64,000 nt of DNA from Chloroflexota bacterium. GTDB lineage: Bacteria > Chloroflexota > Limnocylindria > P2-11E. The notes beneath the pieces are model-generated. The model ran no database searches and had not been told where the DNA came from. It saw only the letters and a list, made by a program, of their open reading frames with translations. The DNA lies in contig VBDX01000128.1 of NCBI GenBank assembly GCA_005881885.1, forward strand, positions 27,809 through 91,808. The letters run 5' to 3'. Below, piece by piece: positions 40,694 through 50,180 of this stretch; positions within the stretch are counted from its first letter, which is position 1, and each line of letters starts with the position of its first letter. The translations under genes were made by a program, and so were the position numbers.

Positions 40694-41505
40694 GCCACCG
40701 GCTCCGCGGCGATAGCCCGCTCGGCCGCGCGGATGGCCTCCGACTCCTCCCCGAGGTAGGCCTTGATGACGTTCGGGTCCGCGCGCACTTCATCCGGCGT
40801 GCCCTGGGCGATCTTCTTCCCGAAGTCCAGGACGGCCACGTGACTCGAGATGTCCATCACGACGCCCATGTCGTGCTCGATAAGGACCACGGTGACCCCA
40901 CGCTCCTCATTGATGTCCAGAACGAACCGCGCCATGTCCTCCTTCTCCTCTAGATTCATGCCGGCCATCGGCTCGTCGAGGAGCAGCAAGCGTGGCTCGA
41001 CCGCGAGCGCGCGGCCAAGCTCTACGCGTTTCTGGAGTCCGTACGGGAGTGTCCCGACGACGTGTTTCCGGATGTGCTCGATCTCGAGGAAGTCGATGAT
41101 GTCCTCCACGACCTCGCGGTTGCGGACCTCCTCGGCGCGCGCGCGGCCCCAATAGACGGCGCCATCCAAGACGCCACCTCGCATGTGCACATGGCGTCCG
41201 AGCATGAGGTTGTCGAGAACGCTCATGCCCGCGAAGAGCTCGATGTTCTGGAACGACCGCGCGACCCCGAGCTTCGCGACTCGGTACGGTGCGAGTCCGG
41301 TGATGTCGCGTCCTTCGAGGGTGATCCGCCCTCGCTGCGGCCGGTACAGTCCGGAGACGGCATTCAGGAGCGAGGTCTTCCCAGCGCCATTCGGGCCGAT
41401 GATGGCGAAGATCTCGCCGCGCTCGACGTCGATGGAGACGCCCGCGAGCGCCACGACACCGCCGAATCGCAAGTGCAGATCTGCGGCGCTGAACTGGGCG
41501 CTCAT
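40690..41505 (-). CDS. ABC ATPase (LivG-like)
   Basis: FGGVVAL, GPNGAGKTS, LPYG.QKRVELGRAL, EHDM, AYLG. Confidence 0.92.
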   Translation of the reverse strand: MSAQFSAADLHLRFGGVVALAGVSIDVERGEIFAIIGPNGAGKTSLLNAVSGLYRPQRGRITLEGRDITGLAPYRVAKLGVARSFQNIELFAGMSVLDNLMLGRHVHMRGGVLDGAVYWGRARAEEVRNREVVEDIIDFLEIEHIRKHVVGTLPYGLQKRVELGRALAVEPRLLLLDEPMAGMNLEEKEDMARFVLDINEERGVTVVLIEHDMGVVMDISSHVAVLDFGKKIAQGTPDEVRADPNVIKAYLGEESEAIRAAERAIAAEPVA

Positions 41506-41546
41506 CCCCCGGGCGAGCATAGACGCAGGCGTGCGAGAGTACGCAC

Positions 41547-42215
41547 ATACCGTTCGTCGCCGTCGCGATCGCGTACCTCGCCGCCTCGATCTCGTTCCCG
41601 TATTGGATCGCGCGCGCGAAAGGCGTCGATCTGCGAGCGACCGGATCGCGCAAGCTCGGTGGATCCAATCTCGCGCACGCCGTAACGCCACTGCACGGTA
41701 TAGCCGGGGGGCTGCTCGACGGCGCGAAGGGCTTCGCCGCCGTCGTCATCGCGCGGATGCTCGGGCTACCGCTCGAGACACAGCTCCTCTGCGGCCTCGC
41801 CGCGATCGCGGGACAGATGTGGCCGGTCTTCCATCAGTTCGACGGTGGCCGCGCGAACGCCACCGCCTGGGGCTTTCAGCTCGCGGCGGACTGGATCGGC
41901 TTTCTGATCGCATGGATCCCGGTCGTCGCCGCGGCCGCGCTTCGCATCACGGTGCGGCCGCGACCGAAACGGCTCCTGCCCCTCGCGAACCTTCTCTCGT
42001 ACGCCGTCTTCCCCGCGGTCATCTGGGAACAGGAGGGCGTGACGCCGACGGTACTGGCCGGACTCGCGGCGCTCGGGCTTGTCATTGCGCGCCGTCTCAC
42101 CGCAGGCTTGCGCGAGGACCTCGCGACCGGCGCCCCAGCGGCGCGGGTCATCGCGAATCGCGCGCTCTTCGATCGCAGCGAATTGCAGGAGCGCGGGCTC
42201 GTGGCGATCACGTGA
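41547..42215 (+). CDS. plsY: Glycerol-3-phosphate acyltransferase PlsY family; start anomalous
   Basis: AYLAASI.F...KGVDLR..GS..LGGSN, D.AKG, FDGGRANAT; conserved N-terminus lies 70 codons upstream of the first ATG. Confidence 0.8.
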   Translation: MPFVAVAIAYLAASISFPYWIARAKGVDLRATGSRKLGGSNLAHAVTPLHGIAGGLLDGAKGFAAVVIARMLGLPLETQLLCGLAAIAGQMWPVFHQFDGGRANATAWGFQLAADWIGFLIAWIPVVAAAALRITVRPRPKRLLPLANLLSYAVFPAVIWEQEGVTPTVLAGLAALGLVIARRLTAGLREDLATGAPAARVIANRALFDRSELQERGLVAIT

Positions 42216-42231
42216 CCTCGGCCGTATCTCG

Positions 42232-42822
42232 ATGAGCAGGCTTCACGCGCTCACCGATGGAGTGTTCGCCATCGCGATGACCCTTCTCGTCCTCAAGCTT
42301 CACGTGCCTGACGTGGCTTCCACTGGGGACTTCATTTCTGGGCTCGCGGCACTGGTCCCGAGCCTCTTCAGCTTCACGCTCTCTTTCGCCGTCCTCGGCG
42401 CCTATTGGCTCGGTACGGTCTGGAGCCTCGCGCCGGTCCGGCACGTCGACCGCCCGCTGCTCCTTCTGAATCTGCTCACGCTCCTATTCATCACGCTCGT
42501 TCCGTTCACGACCGCCGTGCTCGCGCGCTATCCGGACCAGCCCGGCGCGGTGATCTTGTATGGCACGCATCTCACGCTTCTCGGCCTGGCGCAATACGTG
42601 AGCTGGTCGTAGCTCAGGGCGAATCCAAGGTTGCTCGAATCGCCGGTGACGCCGGGTGAGGCCGCGGCGAGGACGCGTCGGATCCTATTCGGGCCGGTCG
42701 GGTTCGTCGCCGCGATGGTGGTTGCGCTGGTTAGCCCGCGTGCGGGCTACGCGGTCTACTACATCGTGCTCTTCGCCTACATCTTCACAGCCGCCCGCGA
42801 CCGCTCGGTCATCGGACACTGA
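42232..42822 (+). pseudogene. TMEM175 family K+ channel with in-frame TAG
   Basis: RLHALTDGVFAIAMTLLVL signature; TAG at 42610-42612, then the same frame continues with two further TMs. Confidence 0.8.
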
Positions 42823-42846
42823 TCCACGCGGACGCCTGACGAAGCC

Positions 42847-43545
42847 TCAACTCAGTAGGGCTAGTGCCTGCGCGACGCAACCGATAGCCGCAGTCTCGCT
42901 CCGAAGATTCCGCGGCCCGAGGGACACCGTGATCGCGCCGTGCTCTCGAGCCAACTGAATCTCTTCGGGCCCGATCCCGCCCTCGGGTCCGATGATGATG
43001 CTGAGATCGCCCCGTGGAAGCGCATCCTGCAAGCGACGCACCGGCTCTCCTTCCCAGGCGATCAAAGCGCCCTCGTTAAGCACCTCGAAGAGGTTGCCCC
43101 ATTCGCGCAGCTCAACGATCGCGGGCACGCGGCCGCGCCGCGCGGTCTCTGCTGCCTCACGCGCGATCCGCTGCCAGCGCTGGCGCTTCGCCGAGCTCAA
43201 CGAGCGGACGACGGAGCGCGCTGACACGAACGGCACGATGGTGCGAACGCCGAGCTGGGTCACCGCCTCGACGACCTCTTCATCGTGGTCGCCCTTGAGC
43301 AGCGGAAGGGCCAGCGTCAGGTTGAACGGCAGCTCCGCTTCAGATGCGCAGCGCTGGATTACGCGGCCGTGCGTCTCGCGATCGTTGACGTCTTGCAGCT
43401 CCACCGACGCCTCCATCCCGTTGCGGACGAGGATGATCACCTCGCCCGGGCGCAGACGAAGCACGTTCGCGATCTGATGCGCCCTTTCCCCGCGTAGCAC
43501 CGGGTTGTCCGGGATCTCCTCATCGACGAAGAAGCGATGGGTCAC
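42847..43545 (-). CDS. rsmE: 16S rRNA m3U1498 methyltransferase
   Basis: HRFFV, HQIANVLRL, IIGPEGG, LGPRNLRSETA; follows prmA. Confidence 0.93.
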   Translation of the reverse strand: MTHRFFVDEEIPDNPVLRGERAHQIANVLRLRPGEVIILVRNGMEASVELQDVNDRETHGRVIQRCASEAELPFNLTLALPLLKGDHDEEVVEAVTQLGVRTIVPFVSARSVVRSLSSAKRQRWQRIAREAAETARRGRVPAIVELREWGNLFEVLNEGALIAWEGEPVRRLQDALPRGDLSIIIGPEGGIGPEEIQLAREHGAITVSLGPRNLRSETAAIGCVAQALALLS

Positions 43546-44408
43546 GCGGTCAGGATGAGGCGAACCCAGTCCGAACGCTCGATGCGGTCGACGACACCGA
43601 GCCCCTGCGCCGAAAACGCGTCGAGGACCTCGGGTTCGGCCTGCGTGGTAATTCCCGCGGCGACGAGCGTTGCGGAAGTGCGCAACCGTGCGCGCAGGTG
43701 AGACGCGACCTGAACGAGGACGGGGCCGACGAGATTCGCGAGAACCATGTCGAACGTCCCTACGACATCGGCCACCGAGCCGGCGCGAATGTCGACTGAC
43801 ACATCGTTCCCTTTCGCGTTTTCCGTCGCCGCGCGCACCGCTAGCGGGTCGATGTCCACCGCGACGACTTTCCCCGCACCGCGCTTCGCGGCGGCGATAG
43901 CGAGGATCCCCGAGCCGGTGCCGACGTCGAGCACACGTGCTCCGTCGAGTGGCAGCCGCGACAGTACCTCGAGGCACTGCTGCGTCGTCGGATGGAGCCC
44001 GGTGCCGAATGCCATCCCGGGGTCGAGCACGAGCGCGATCGCGCCATCGTCGCGCGCGTCAGACCAGGTTGGACGGACGAGGAACGCGCCGATGCGAATC
44101 GGCGTGAACGATTCCTTCCAGGCCTCGAGCCAATCCGCGTCTTCGATCTGACGCACCGCGAGCTCGCCGATCGGCCCGAGGCCGAAAGCCTGGAGATGTC
44201 CGAGCGCGTCGCGCACATCGGAGACCTTCGCGAAGGCCTCCGCATCCTCGACGAGATACGCCTTCACGGTGTGATCGGCGCCGCCCGGCGAGTCGAGGGG
44301 CAGCTCGACGGCGATGCCGTTGTGACCGAAACGGCTCAGGATCTCGCTGACCGCTTCGACAGCCTCGGCGTGGGCGGGGACCGCGACCTCGAGCCAGCGC
44401 GGATGCGT
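43542..44408 (-). CDS. prmA: Ribosomal protein L11 methyltransferase; probable ACG start
   Basis: WLEV..EAV, DW..AWK, LDPGMAFGTGLHPTT, LDVGTGSGILA. Confidence 0.93.
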   Translation of the reverse strand, partial: THPRWLEVAVPAHAEAVEAVSEILSRFGHNGIAVELPLDSPGGADHTVKAYLVEDAEAFAKVSDVRDALGHLQAFGLGPIGELAVRQIEDADWLEAWKESFTPIRIGAFLVRPTWSDARDDGAIALVLDPGMAFGTGLHPTTQQCLEVLSRLPLDGARVLDVGTGSGILAIAAAKRGAGKVVAVDIDPLAVRAATENAKGNDVSVDIRAGSVADVVGTFDMVLANLVGPVLVQVASHLRARLRTSATLVAAGITTQAEPEVLDAFSAQGLGVVDRIERSDWVRLILTA

Positions 44409-44410
44409 GC

Positions 44411-45508
44411 CTAGCTCCCGCCCATCGCGTCTTTGATGCGGCCGAAGAGATCCTGATCGCCGTCCTGCGACGTCGCATCCTCGATGTCGCGCAGCTGGGT
44501 GTAGAGACGGCGCTGCTCTTTGCTCAGGGTCCGCGGGACGACGACGTCGAGGTAGACAAGCTGATCGCCGTGGCCCGAGCCCCCGAGGTGCGGGACGCCC
44601 TTCCCGCGCACGCGCACCATCTGCCCGTTCTGAGCGCCGGGCGGAATCCGCACCTTTGCTTCGCCCCCTTCGATCGTCGGAACGCTGATCTCGTCGCCGA
44701 GCGCCGCCTGCGCCGGCGAGATGCGCGCGAGGTGCACGAGGTCGTCGCCCTCGCGGCGGAAGAGCTCGTGCTCTTTGAGGCGGATCAGCACGTAGAGATC
44801 GCCGGTCGGCCCGCCGCGCATGCCGGCCTCGCCCTCGCCGGCGACGCGAAGCTGCTGCCCGTCGTCGATGCCCGCGAGGATCGTGAGCGTGATCTCGCGG
44901 TCCTTTCGCTCGCGGCCCTCGCCGCGGCAGCGCGTGCAGACCTTGTCGACCGTCTTTCCTGCGCCGCCGCAGCGCGGGCAGGTCGACACGTTGACGAAGC
45001 GGCCGAAGACCGACTGCTGGACCTGGCGGACCTCGCCGCGCCCGTTGCACGTGCCGCAGGTCGAGATCGACGACCCGGGCTCGGCGCCCGACCCATTGCA
45101 GCGTTCGCAGGTCTCCAGGCGCGGGACCCTGATGATCCGCTCTCGTCCCTCGACCGCGTCGAGGAGGTCGATCTCGATCTCCATACGCAGGTCCGCGCCG
45201 CGCATCGGACCGCGCGGCTCGCGGCGCCTGAGGTCGCCTCCGAAAAAGGTTTCGAAGAGGTCGCCGATGCCGAAGTCGCCGAGACCGCCGGCGGTGGAGC
45301 CGAACATGTCGTAGCGCTGGCGGCGCTGCGGGTCGGCAAGCACCTCATAGGCCTCGGTGACCTGCTTGAAGCGCTCCGCCGCGTCCGGAGCCCCGTTCAC
45401 ATCGGGGTGGTACTGCCGGGCGAGCTTGCGGTAGGCACTGCGGATCTGTTCGTCCGTCGCGTTCCGCGAGACGCCCAGTAGCGCGTAGTAGTCGGCTGTC
45501 GTCGCCAT
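44411..45508 (-). CDS. dnaJ: Chaperone DnaJ
   Basis: J domain with HPD, four CxxCxGxG repeats, GDLYV. Confidence 0.97.
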   Translation of the reverse strand: MATTADYYALLGVSRNATDEQIRSAYRKLARQYHPDVNGAPDAAERFKQVTEAYEVLADPQRRQRYDMFGSTAGGLGDFGIGDLFETFFGGDLRRREPRGPMRGADLRMEIEIDLLDAVEGRERIIRVPRLETCERCNGSGAEPGSSISTCGTCNGRGEVRQVQQSVFGRFVNVSTCPRCGGAGKTVDKVCTRCRGEGRERKDREITLTILAGIDDGQQLRVAGEGEAGMRGGPTGDLYVLIRLKEHELFRREGDDLVHLARISPAQAALGDEISVPTIEGGEAKVRIPPGAQNGQMVRVRGKGVPHLGGSGHGDQLVYLDVVVPRTLSKEQRRLYTQLRDIEDATSQDGDQDLFGRIKDAMGGS

Positions 45509-45529
45509 CACCTGTCATTATCCCGGCCC

Positions 45530-46033
45530 ATGGACGTGCTCCCGCGTCTTGCCGTGCAGTGGCTTCACGTCACGGCCGGCGTCCTATGGATCGGCGGCGG
45601 CTTCTACACGATCTTGGTACAGCTCCCCGCGCTCCTCGCGGCGCCGCCCGCGGCGCGCGGGGCGGTCATGGCGAGCCTCGTCCCGCGGCAGTTCAAGTAC
45701 ATCCTGCGGGTCGCCGAGATCACGATCGTGACCGGCTTGCTCAATCTGTTCATCTCCGGGCGCGGTCAGGAGCTGACGCGACTCGACACCCGGTGGTCGT
45801 GGGCGATCCTCGCGGGGATCCTCCTCGCGGTCGGGATCTACGCGGCGACGCGCGCGACGATCGTCCGGTGGGCGTACCGCATGCTCGAGGTCGGCCCGCG
45901 CGCTGCCGCCGGCGACAGCGGGGCCGCGGCGGAGATGGGCGTGCTTGGCGCGCGCATCCGGCGCTTTGGCTATTTCCAGCTCGCCGTGGGCACGCTAATC
46001 CTTCTGGCGATGGTGACCGCCCGATTTAGCTGA
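45530..46033 (+). CDS. Four-TM membrane protein (CopD-like N-terminus)
   Basis: WLHV.AGVLWIGG motif, four hydrophobic segments. Confidence 0.7.
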   Translation: MDVLPRLAVQWLHVTAGVLWIGGGFYTILVQLPALLAAPPAARGAVMASLVPRQFKYILRVAEITIVTGLLNLFISGRGQELTRLDTRWSWAILAGILLAVGIYAATRATIVRWAYRMLEVGPRAAAGDSGAAAEMGVLGARIRRFGYFQLAVGTLILLAMVTARFS

Positions 46034-47119
46034 GTCGGCGCGTGGGGCAACGGCGACCGGGAGGACTGCCTTCAGTTTGGGGCCAGCGATGTAGCGACGC
46101 GACGACGTGACGCCACTCGCAGAGAGATAACCCGAGCGCACCGCAACCCCCAGGTCGCGGGTCGCACTCGGACCTGTCCGACCGCTGATCGAACGGTAAT
46201 CGCTGGGGCGGATACTTCCATTGATCCATGCGAAGACGAGAGCGTCCGTCAATTGGGGAGTCAGCGCGCCGCTTGCCACTTCGTCACGAAGCACACGCAG
46301 AAGCTCAGTGACTCCCTTCACCCGAGTGAGCACGTGTTCAGCTGCGCCCGTGATGGCCCTTAGAAAGTAGGCGACGAAGGGCGTCGCGTCGTATCCACGG
46401 CTGTAGCTGGCGCCGAGCGTTTCTCGGATCGCGGCGAAGTATTCGCGTCGCTGCAGATCGAGATAAGCATCGACCGAGACAAGGCCATCCAGCGCGTACC
46501 CATGATGAATGAGGAGAAGTCGCGCAAGCGCCCGCGCCGTGCGGCCGTTTCCGTCGTAGAAAGGGTGGATTCCAACGAGCTCTAGGTGCGCGAGGGCAGC
46601 TGCGATCGCCGGATGCTCACGACTAGTGCCGTCGCGCAGCCACTGGCCAAAGCGGTGCATCACATCGGGGACATCGCCGGATAGCGCAGTGGCGAAGATG
46701 ATGTTCCCGTCGGCGTCACCGACTCTGTTTTCGCCGGTACGGTATTCGCCGGGCCGGAGAATGGGGTCGATGTCGTCAAGAACGCGTTTGTGAATCTCCC
46801 GGATCACGCGCTCATCGACGACAAGCCCTTCGTCCGGGCCCACCTCATCGACAAACGACAGCGCCTCGCGCGTCGCAAGCACTTCGAGTGCGTCCTTCTG
46901 TTGCGTTACAGGCATGCGCTCTAGCAGTTCCTCGACCTCAAGGTCGCTAAGGCTGTTCCCCTCAATCCGGGTAGTGCCGTGGATCGTCCGGACCCAAGCT
47001 CGATGCCGAAACCAGTCTCGGTAGCGCGGATCGATTCCGAGGTTCGCGAAGAGCCAGCGGAAATCCTCCAGACTCGCGAGAGCGGACGCGGCTACCTGCT
47101 TGTCTAGACGGTAGTCCAT
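45995..47119 (-). CDS. Fic family protein with C-terminal HTH
   Basis: HPFYDGNGRTAR active-site motif; N-terminal TTRIEGN inhibitory motif; ATRDL HTH; visibly lower GC. Confidence 0.92.
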   Translation of the reverse strand: MDYRLDKQVAASALASLEDFRWLFANLGIDPRYRDWFRHRAWVRTIHGTTRIEGNSLSDLEVEELLERMPVTQQKDALEVLATREALSFVDEVGPDEGLVVDERVIREIHKRVLDDIDPILRPGEYRTGENRVGDADGNIIFATALSGDVPDVMHRFGQWLRDGTSREHPAIAAALAHLELVGIHPFYDGNGRTARALARLLLIHHGYALDGLVSVDAYLDLQRREYFAAIRETLGASYSRGYDATPFVAYFLRAITGAAEHVLTRVKGVTELLRVLRDEVASGALTPQLTDALVFAWINGSIRPSDYRSISGRTGPSATRDLGVAVRSGYLSASGVTSSRRYIAGPKLKAVLPVAVAPRADSAKSGGHHRQKD

Positions 47120-47130
47120 TGTCTTTTGCT

Positions 47131-47179
47131 CTCTTTCACTGATGGAAGTGTAGTCGAGTCTCTTCCATCAGTGGAAGAG
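47131..47179. promoter_or_regulatory. 18-bp inverted repeat upstream of fic
   Basis: CTCTTTCACTGATGGAAG-N13-CTTCCATCAGTGGAAGAG (1 mismatch). Confidence 0.65.
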
Positions 47180-47281
47180 GGACGGTGCCTCTTCCACGAC
47201 CAGTTTCACGGTCCAAGGAACTCTGTTGCGACCGCGTCGTCCTTATCAGCATTCCCGGCCTTGGCCGGAGAGGAGGCTGGT

Positions 47282-48310
47282 ATGCGACGGTTCCTCGCGG
47301 GCCTCGCCGCGGTCGTTGCGGCGCTCATCGGTACGACACAGCCGGCCGCAGCCTGCGCGGGTCTCATCGGCCCCAACGGCGCGGTCAACCTGCTCCGCAC
47401 CTCCACGTTCGCGGGTTATCACGACGGTGTCGAGCACTACGTCACCGCGTTCAAGTTCGCCGGCGGCTCCGGCCAGTTCGGCTCCCTCATCCCGCTCCCC
47501 GGCATCCCGAGCTCCGTCGAAAAGGGCGGGGACTGGACCCTGCAGCGCCTGATCCGTGAGACCACGCCGGCCAAGGAGGCGGTCTTCTTCCGCTCCGTGG
47601 GGGCGCCCCTTGCGGCCGATGCTCAGGTCATCCTCCAGGTGCGCATCGACGCGCTCGACATCACCGTCCTCAAGGGCGGCGGCGCCGAAGTCGGGCGCTG
47701 GGCCACTGACCACGGCTTCCGTCTCCCCCCGGCCGCGCCCGAAGTCCTCGACTTCTACGCGGCGCGCAGCCCGATCTTCCTCGCGGCGGTCTTCGACGCT
47801 GACGCGGCGAAGGCGCGCGGTCAGCGGATCGGCGACGGCACGCCGGTTCACATCACCATCCCCACCGCGAACCCATGGGTGCCGCTGCGCATCCTCGCGC
47901 TCGGCAAGAACGGCGAGGACCGCATCGACGCGGACGTCTACCTCCTCACCGACCAGCGTCCCGCGCTGCTCCCCTACCCGTTCGCCAACGGCATGCGTCT
48001 CGACCACAGCGCGCCGGCGACGGTGTCGCTGCTCACCGACCTGCGCTCGGACAAAGGCATGGACTGGATCCCGCAGTCCGGGTGGCTCACGAAGGTCGCG
48101 ATCGAGGCGTCGGCGAGCCAGCTCACGTATGACCTCGCGGTCGATGTCAAGGGCGCGAGCCCATCGCGCGTCGCCGCGGGACTTGAAGCGCCCGCAAGCG
48201 CGCCGGCTCCTTCGAAGCCCAACGCGGACACGGTCGCGCTCGTCGGCATCGCACTCGCCGCGCTCGGCGCCATCGTTCTCTTGCGCCGGTCGCAGACGGT
48301 CTCGGCGTGA
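47282..48310 (+). CDS. Secreted membrane-anchored protein, DUF2330-like
   Basis: Signal peptide ending AAACAG, FG.LIPLP..P, W..DHGF, C-terminal TM with Arg tail. Confidence 0.7.
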   Translation: MRRFLAGLAAVVAALIGTTQPAAACAGLIGPNGAVNLLRTSTFAGYHDGVEHYVTAFKFAGGSGQFGSLIPLPGIPSSVEKGGDWTLQRLIRETTPAKEAVFFRSVGAPLAADAQVILQVRIDALDITVLKGGGAEVGRWATDHGFRLPPAAPEVLDFYAARSPIFLAAVFDADAAKARGQRIGDGTPVHITIPTANPWVPLRILALGKNGEDRIDADVYLLTDQRPALLPYPFANGMRLDHSAPATVSLLTDLRSDKGMDWIPQSGWLTKVAIEASASQLTYDLAVDVKGASPSRVAAGLEAPASAPAPSKPNADTVALVGIALAALGAIVLLRRSQTVSA

Positions 48311-48714
48311 TCCTTCGCACTTTCGTCGCGCTGGCGCTCGCCGCACTCGCGGCGGGCGCCTGCGCGCCGGCCAACGCAGCGCTCCCCACAAACATCGGCA
48401 TCCGCATCCACTACTCGCGCTTCGACCAGACAAAGATCGAAGTGCCGATGGGCGTGCCGGTGACGTTCACGCTGGTCAACGACGATCCCATCGAGCACGA
48501 GTGGCTCATCGGCGACGAGGCGTTCCACGCACGCCATCGCACCGGTACCGAGGCGGTGCACGGCGATCGTCCCAACGAGGTCTCGTTGCCCCCATTCGCC
48601 ACGAAGACGACGACGCTGACGTTCGACAAGCCAGGGGCGCTCACGTTCATTTGCCACTTCCCGCAGCACGAGGCCTACGGGATGGTCGGCGTGGTGATGG
48701 TGACGCCCGGCTAG
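48307..48714 (+). CDS. Cupredoxin lipoprotein
   Basis: Lipobox AGAC; HE...CHFPQHEAYGM type-1 copper ligands. Confidence 0.85.
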   Translation: MILRTFVALALAALAAGACAPANAALPTNIGIRIHYSRFDQTKIEVPMGVPVTFTLVNDDPIEHEWLIGDEAFHARHRTGTEAVHGDRPNEVSLPPFATKTTTLTFDKPGALTFICHFPQHEAYGMVGVVMVTPG

Positions 48715-48778
48715 CCGCGTACGAGTTCGGCACCGCAACTCGGATGCCCCGACGACCCCAACGAGCGATGCTCTCCTC

Positions 48779-49900
48779 ATGCGGTTCGCGATCGTCACGG
48801 GCGTGCTGGTCCTCCTCGGGACCTCGTGCGCACCGACGTCCGCGGAGACAACGCCCGCACCTCCGTCCGCGCAGGCATCGGCGGTGGCGCCGCGCAGCGC
48901 GCCCGCCGCATCGCAAGCGGTGAGACTGAGCCGTCCGGCGCCATACCACGGCGATCCGCCGGTCCTCTTGCGCGCGGTGCCCGAGGCAGGAACCTTCACC
49001 TCCAGGGCAGGGCGATGGCGCTACGACGGCGTGCGCGGGGCGCTCGAGCAAGTCGCCGCGGTCGACGAGCCGCTAGAGCATCCGGCACCCGTAGGGACGC
49101 TCGTCGCGGTCGAGCGCCAAACACGGACACCGGGCGGATTCGCGATCTCCAACGCGCTAGCGATTCGCGATGCAGCCGGCGGCCCGGAGCGCGTCGTCTA
49201 CCGGGCTCCCGAGCTCTTCTACTGGTCGGGCTGGTCGCCCGATGGCCGATACGTCGCGCTCTGGGAGGTCGATTCCTACAGCGGCTCGGTCGATCTCGAC
49301 GGCCGGCCGCTCCTGGTGATCGAGGCGACGACCGGCCATCGGTACGATCTCGGGCGGACGCTCCTGAACGGCACCACAGCCTGGACGCCGCCGCACACGT
49401 TCGCCTTCGTCGCCGGCCTCGGGAGGGATGTCTGGAAAGACAAGACGCTCAGATTGTGGTCACCGGAGAATGAGATTCGCGACGTGACCCCTTCTGGCAT
49501 TTCGAGTTTCGCCCCCGCGTGGAGTGCTGACGGCGTCATGCTCTACTACGCGAGCGGGCGGGCGGGCGACTACGATCCGCTCCCCGTATTCGCCGGTCAA
49601 GGCGTCGGGGATCGGCGGATAGCCGTGTATGACGTGGTGACGAGCAAGCTCCGTCCTCTCGCGCATGAGCCGGGCTACGTCGAGGAGGGAGCGCGGCCGT
49701 CCCGCGATGGCACGAAGCTCCTGGTGCTACGCCGCAAGACCGTGGTGGCCACCGACATACGCTCCATCCCCGACGCGCCGCTCGAGGTCTGGCTGACGGA
49801 TCCGAACGGCGGACACGGCGTCGCGCTCATGCGGATCACGAAGACCTTCGGCTACTACGGGTGGGATCCCGGGCCGAGCGAGTGGGAGTGGAGCGAATAG
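48779..49900 (+). CDS. Lipoprotein with TolB/PD40-like beta-propeller
   Basis: Lipobox GTSC; WSPDG, PAWSADG, PSRDG repeats. Confidence 0.75.
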   Translation: MRFAIVTGVLVLLGTSCAPTSAETTPAPPSAQASAVAPRSAPAASQAVRLSRPAPYHGDPPVLLRAVPEAGTFTSRAGRWRYDGVRGALEQVAAVDEPLEHPAPVGTLVAVERQTRTPGGFAISNALAIRDAAGGPERVVYRAPELFYWSGWSPDGRYVALWEVDSYSGSVDLDGRPLLVIEATTGHRYDLGRTLLNGTTAWTPPHTFAFVAGLGRDVWKDKTLRLWSPENEIRDVTPSGISSFAPAWSADGVMLYYASGRAGDYDPLPVFAGQGVGDRRIAVYDVVTSKLRPLAHEPGYVEEGARPSRDGTKLLVLRRKTVVATDIRSIPDAPLEVWLTDPNGGHGVALMRITKTFGYYGWDPGPSEWEWSE

Positions 49901-49903
49901 CGC

Positions 49904-50101
49904 CTAGATCGTCGGTTGCTCCTCGATCCGCGCGTAGCGCGCAGGTTCCGCGATAAAGGCGGAGCGGCAGGCCTTGCTGCAGAAGACGTAGCGAATTCCC
50001 CCATGCTCGGTCTCGAGGCCGAGATCGTGGGCCTGCTCGGGATCGACCTCCATCTCGCATACCGGGTCGATCTCATCGATGGGCTCTGCTTCGTACGGCA
50101 C
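49904..50101 (-). CDS. YHS domain protein
   Basis: DPVCEMEVD...G.RYVFCS.AC...F...PARY; GGAGG SD. Confidence 0.85.
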   Translation of the reverse strand: MPYEAEPIDEIDPVCEMEVDPEQAHDLGLETEHGGIRYVFCSKACRSAFIAEPARYARIEEQPTI

Positions 50102-50115
50102 AGCGCACCTCCCCC

Positions 50116-50154
50116 AAACAAGAAGCGACGGCGCGACTTTCGCCGCGCCGTCGC
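50116..50154 (-). terminator. Intrinsic terminator after dnaK
   Basis: GCGACGGCGCGGC-gaaa-GTCGCGCCGTCGC followed by TTCTTGTTT on the minus strand. Confidence 0.75.
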
Positions 50155-50180
50155 ATCCTGCGCTTTCGATGCTGGGTTTG

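Noticed and set aside
20585-42612. Genome-wide amber (TAG) recoding, suggested by the relE junction and TMEM175
   Set aside because: Conserved genes (glnA, dnaK, dnaJ, rpsT, mscL) end at TAG at the expected C-termini
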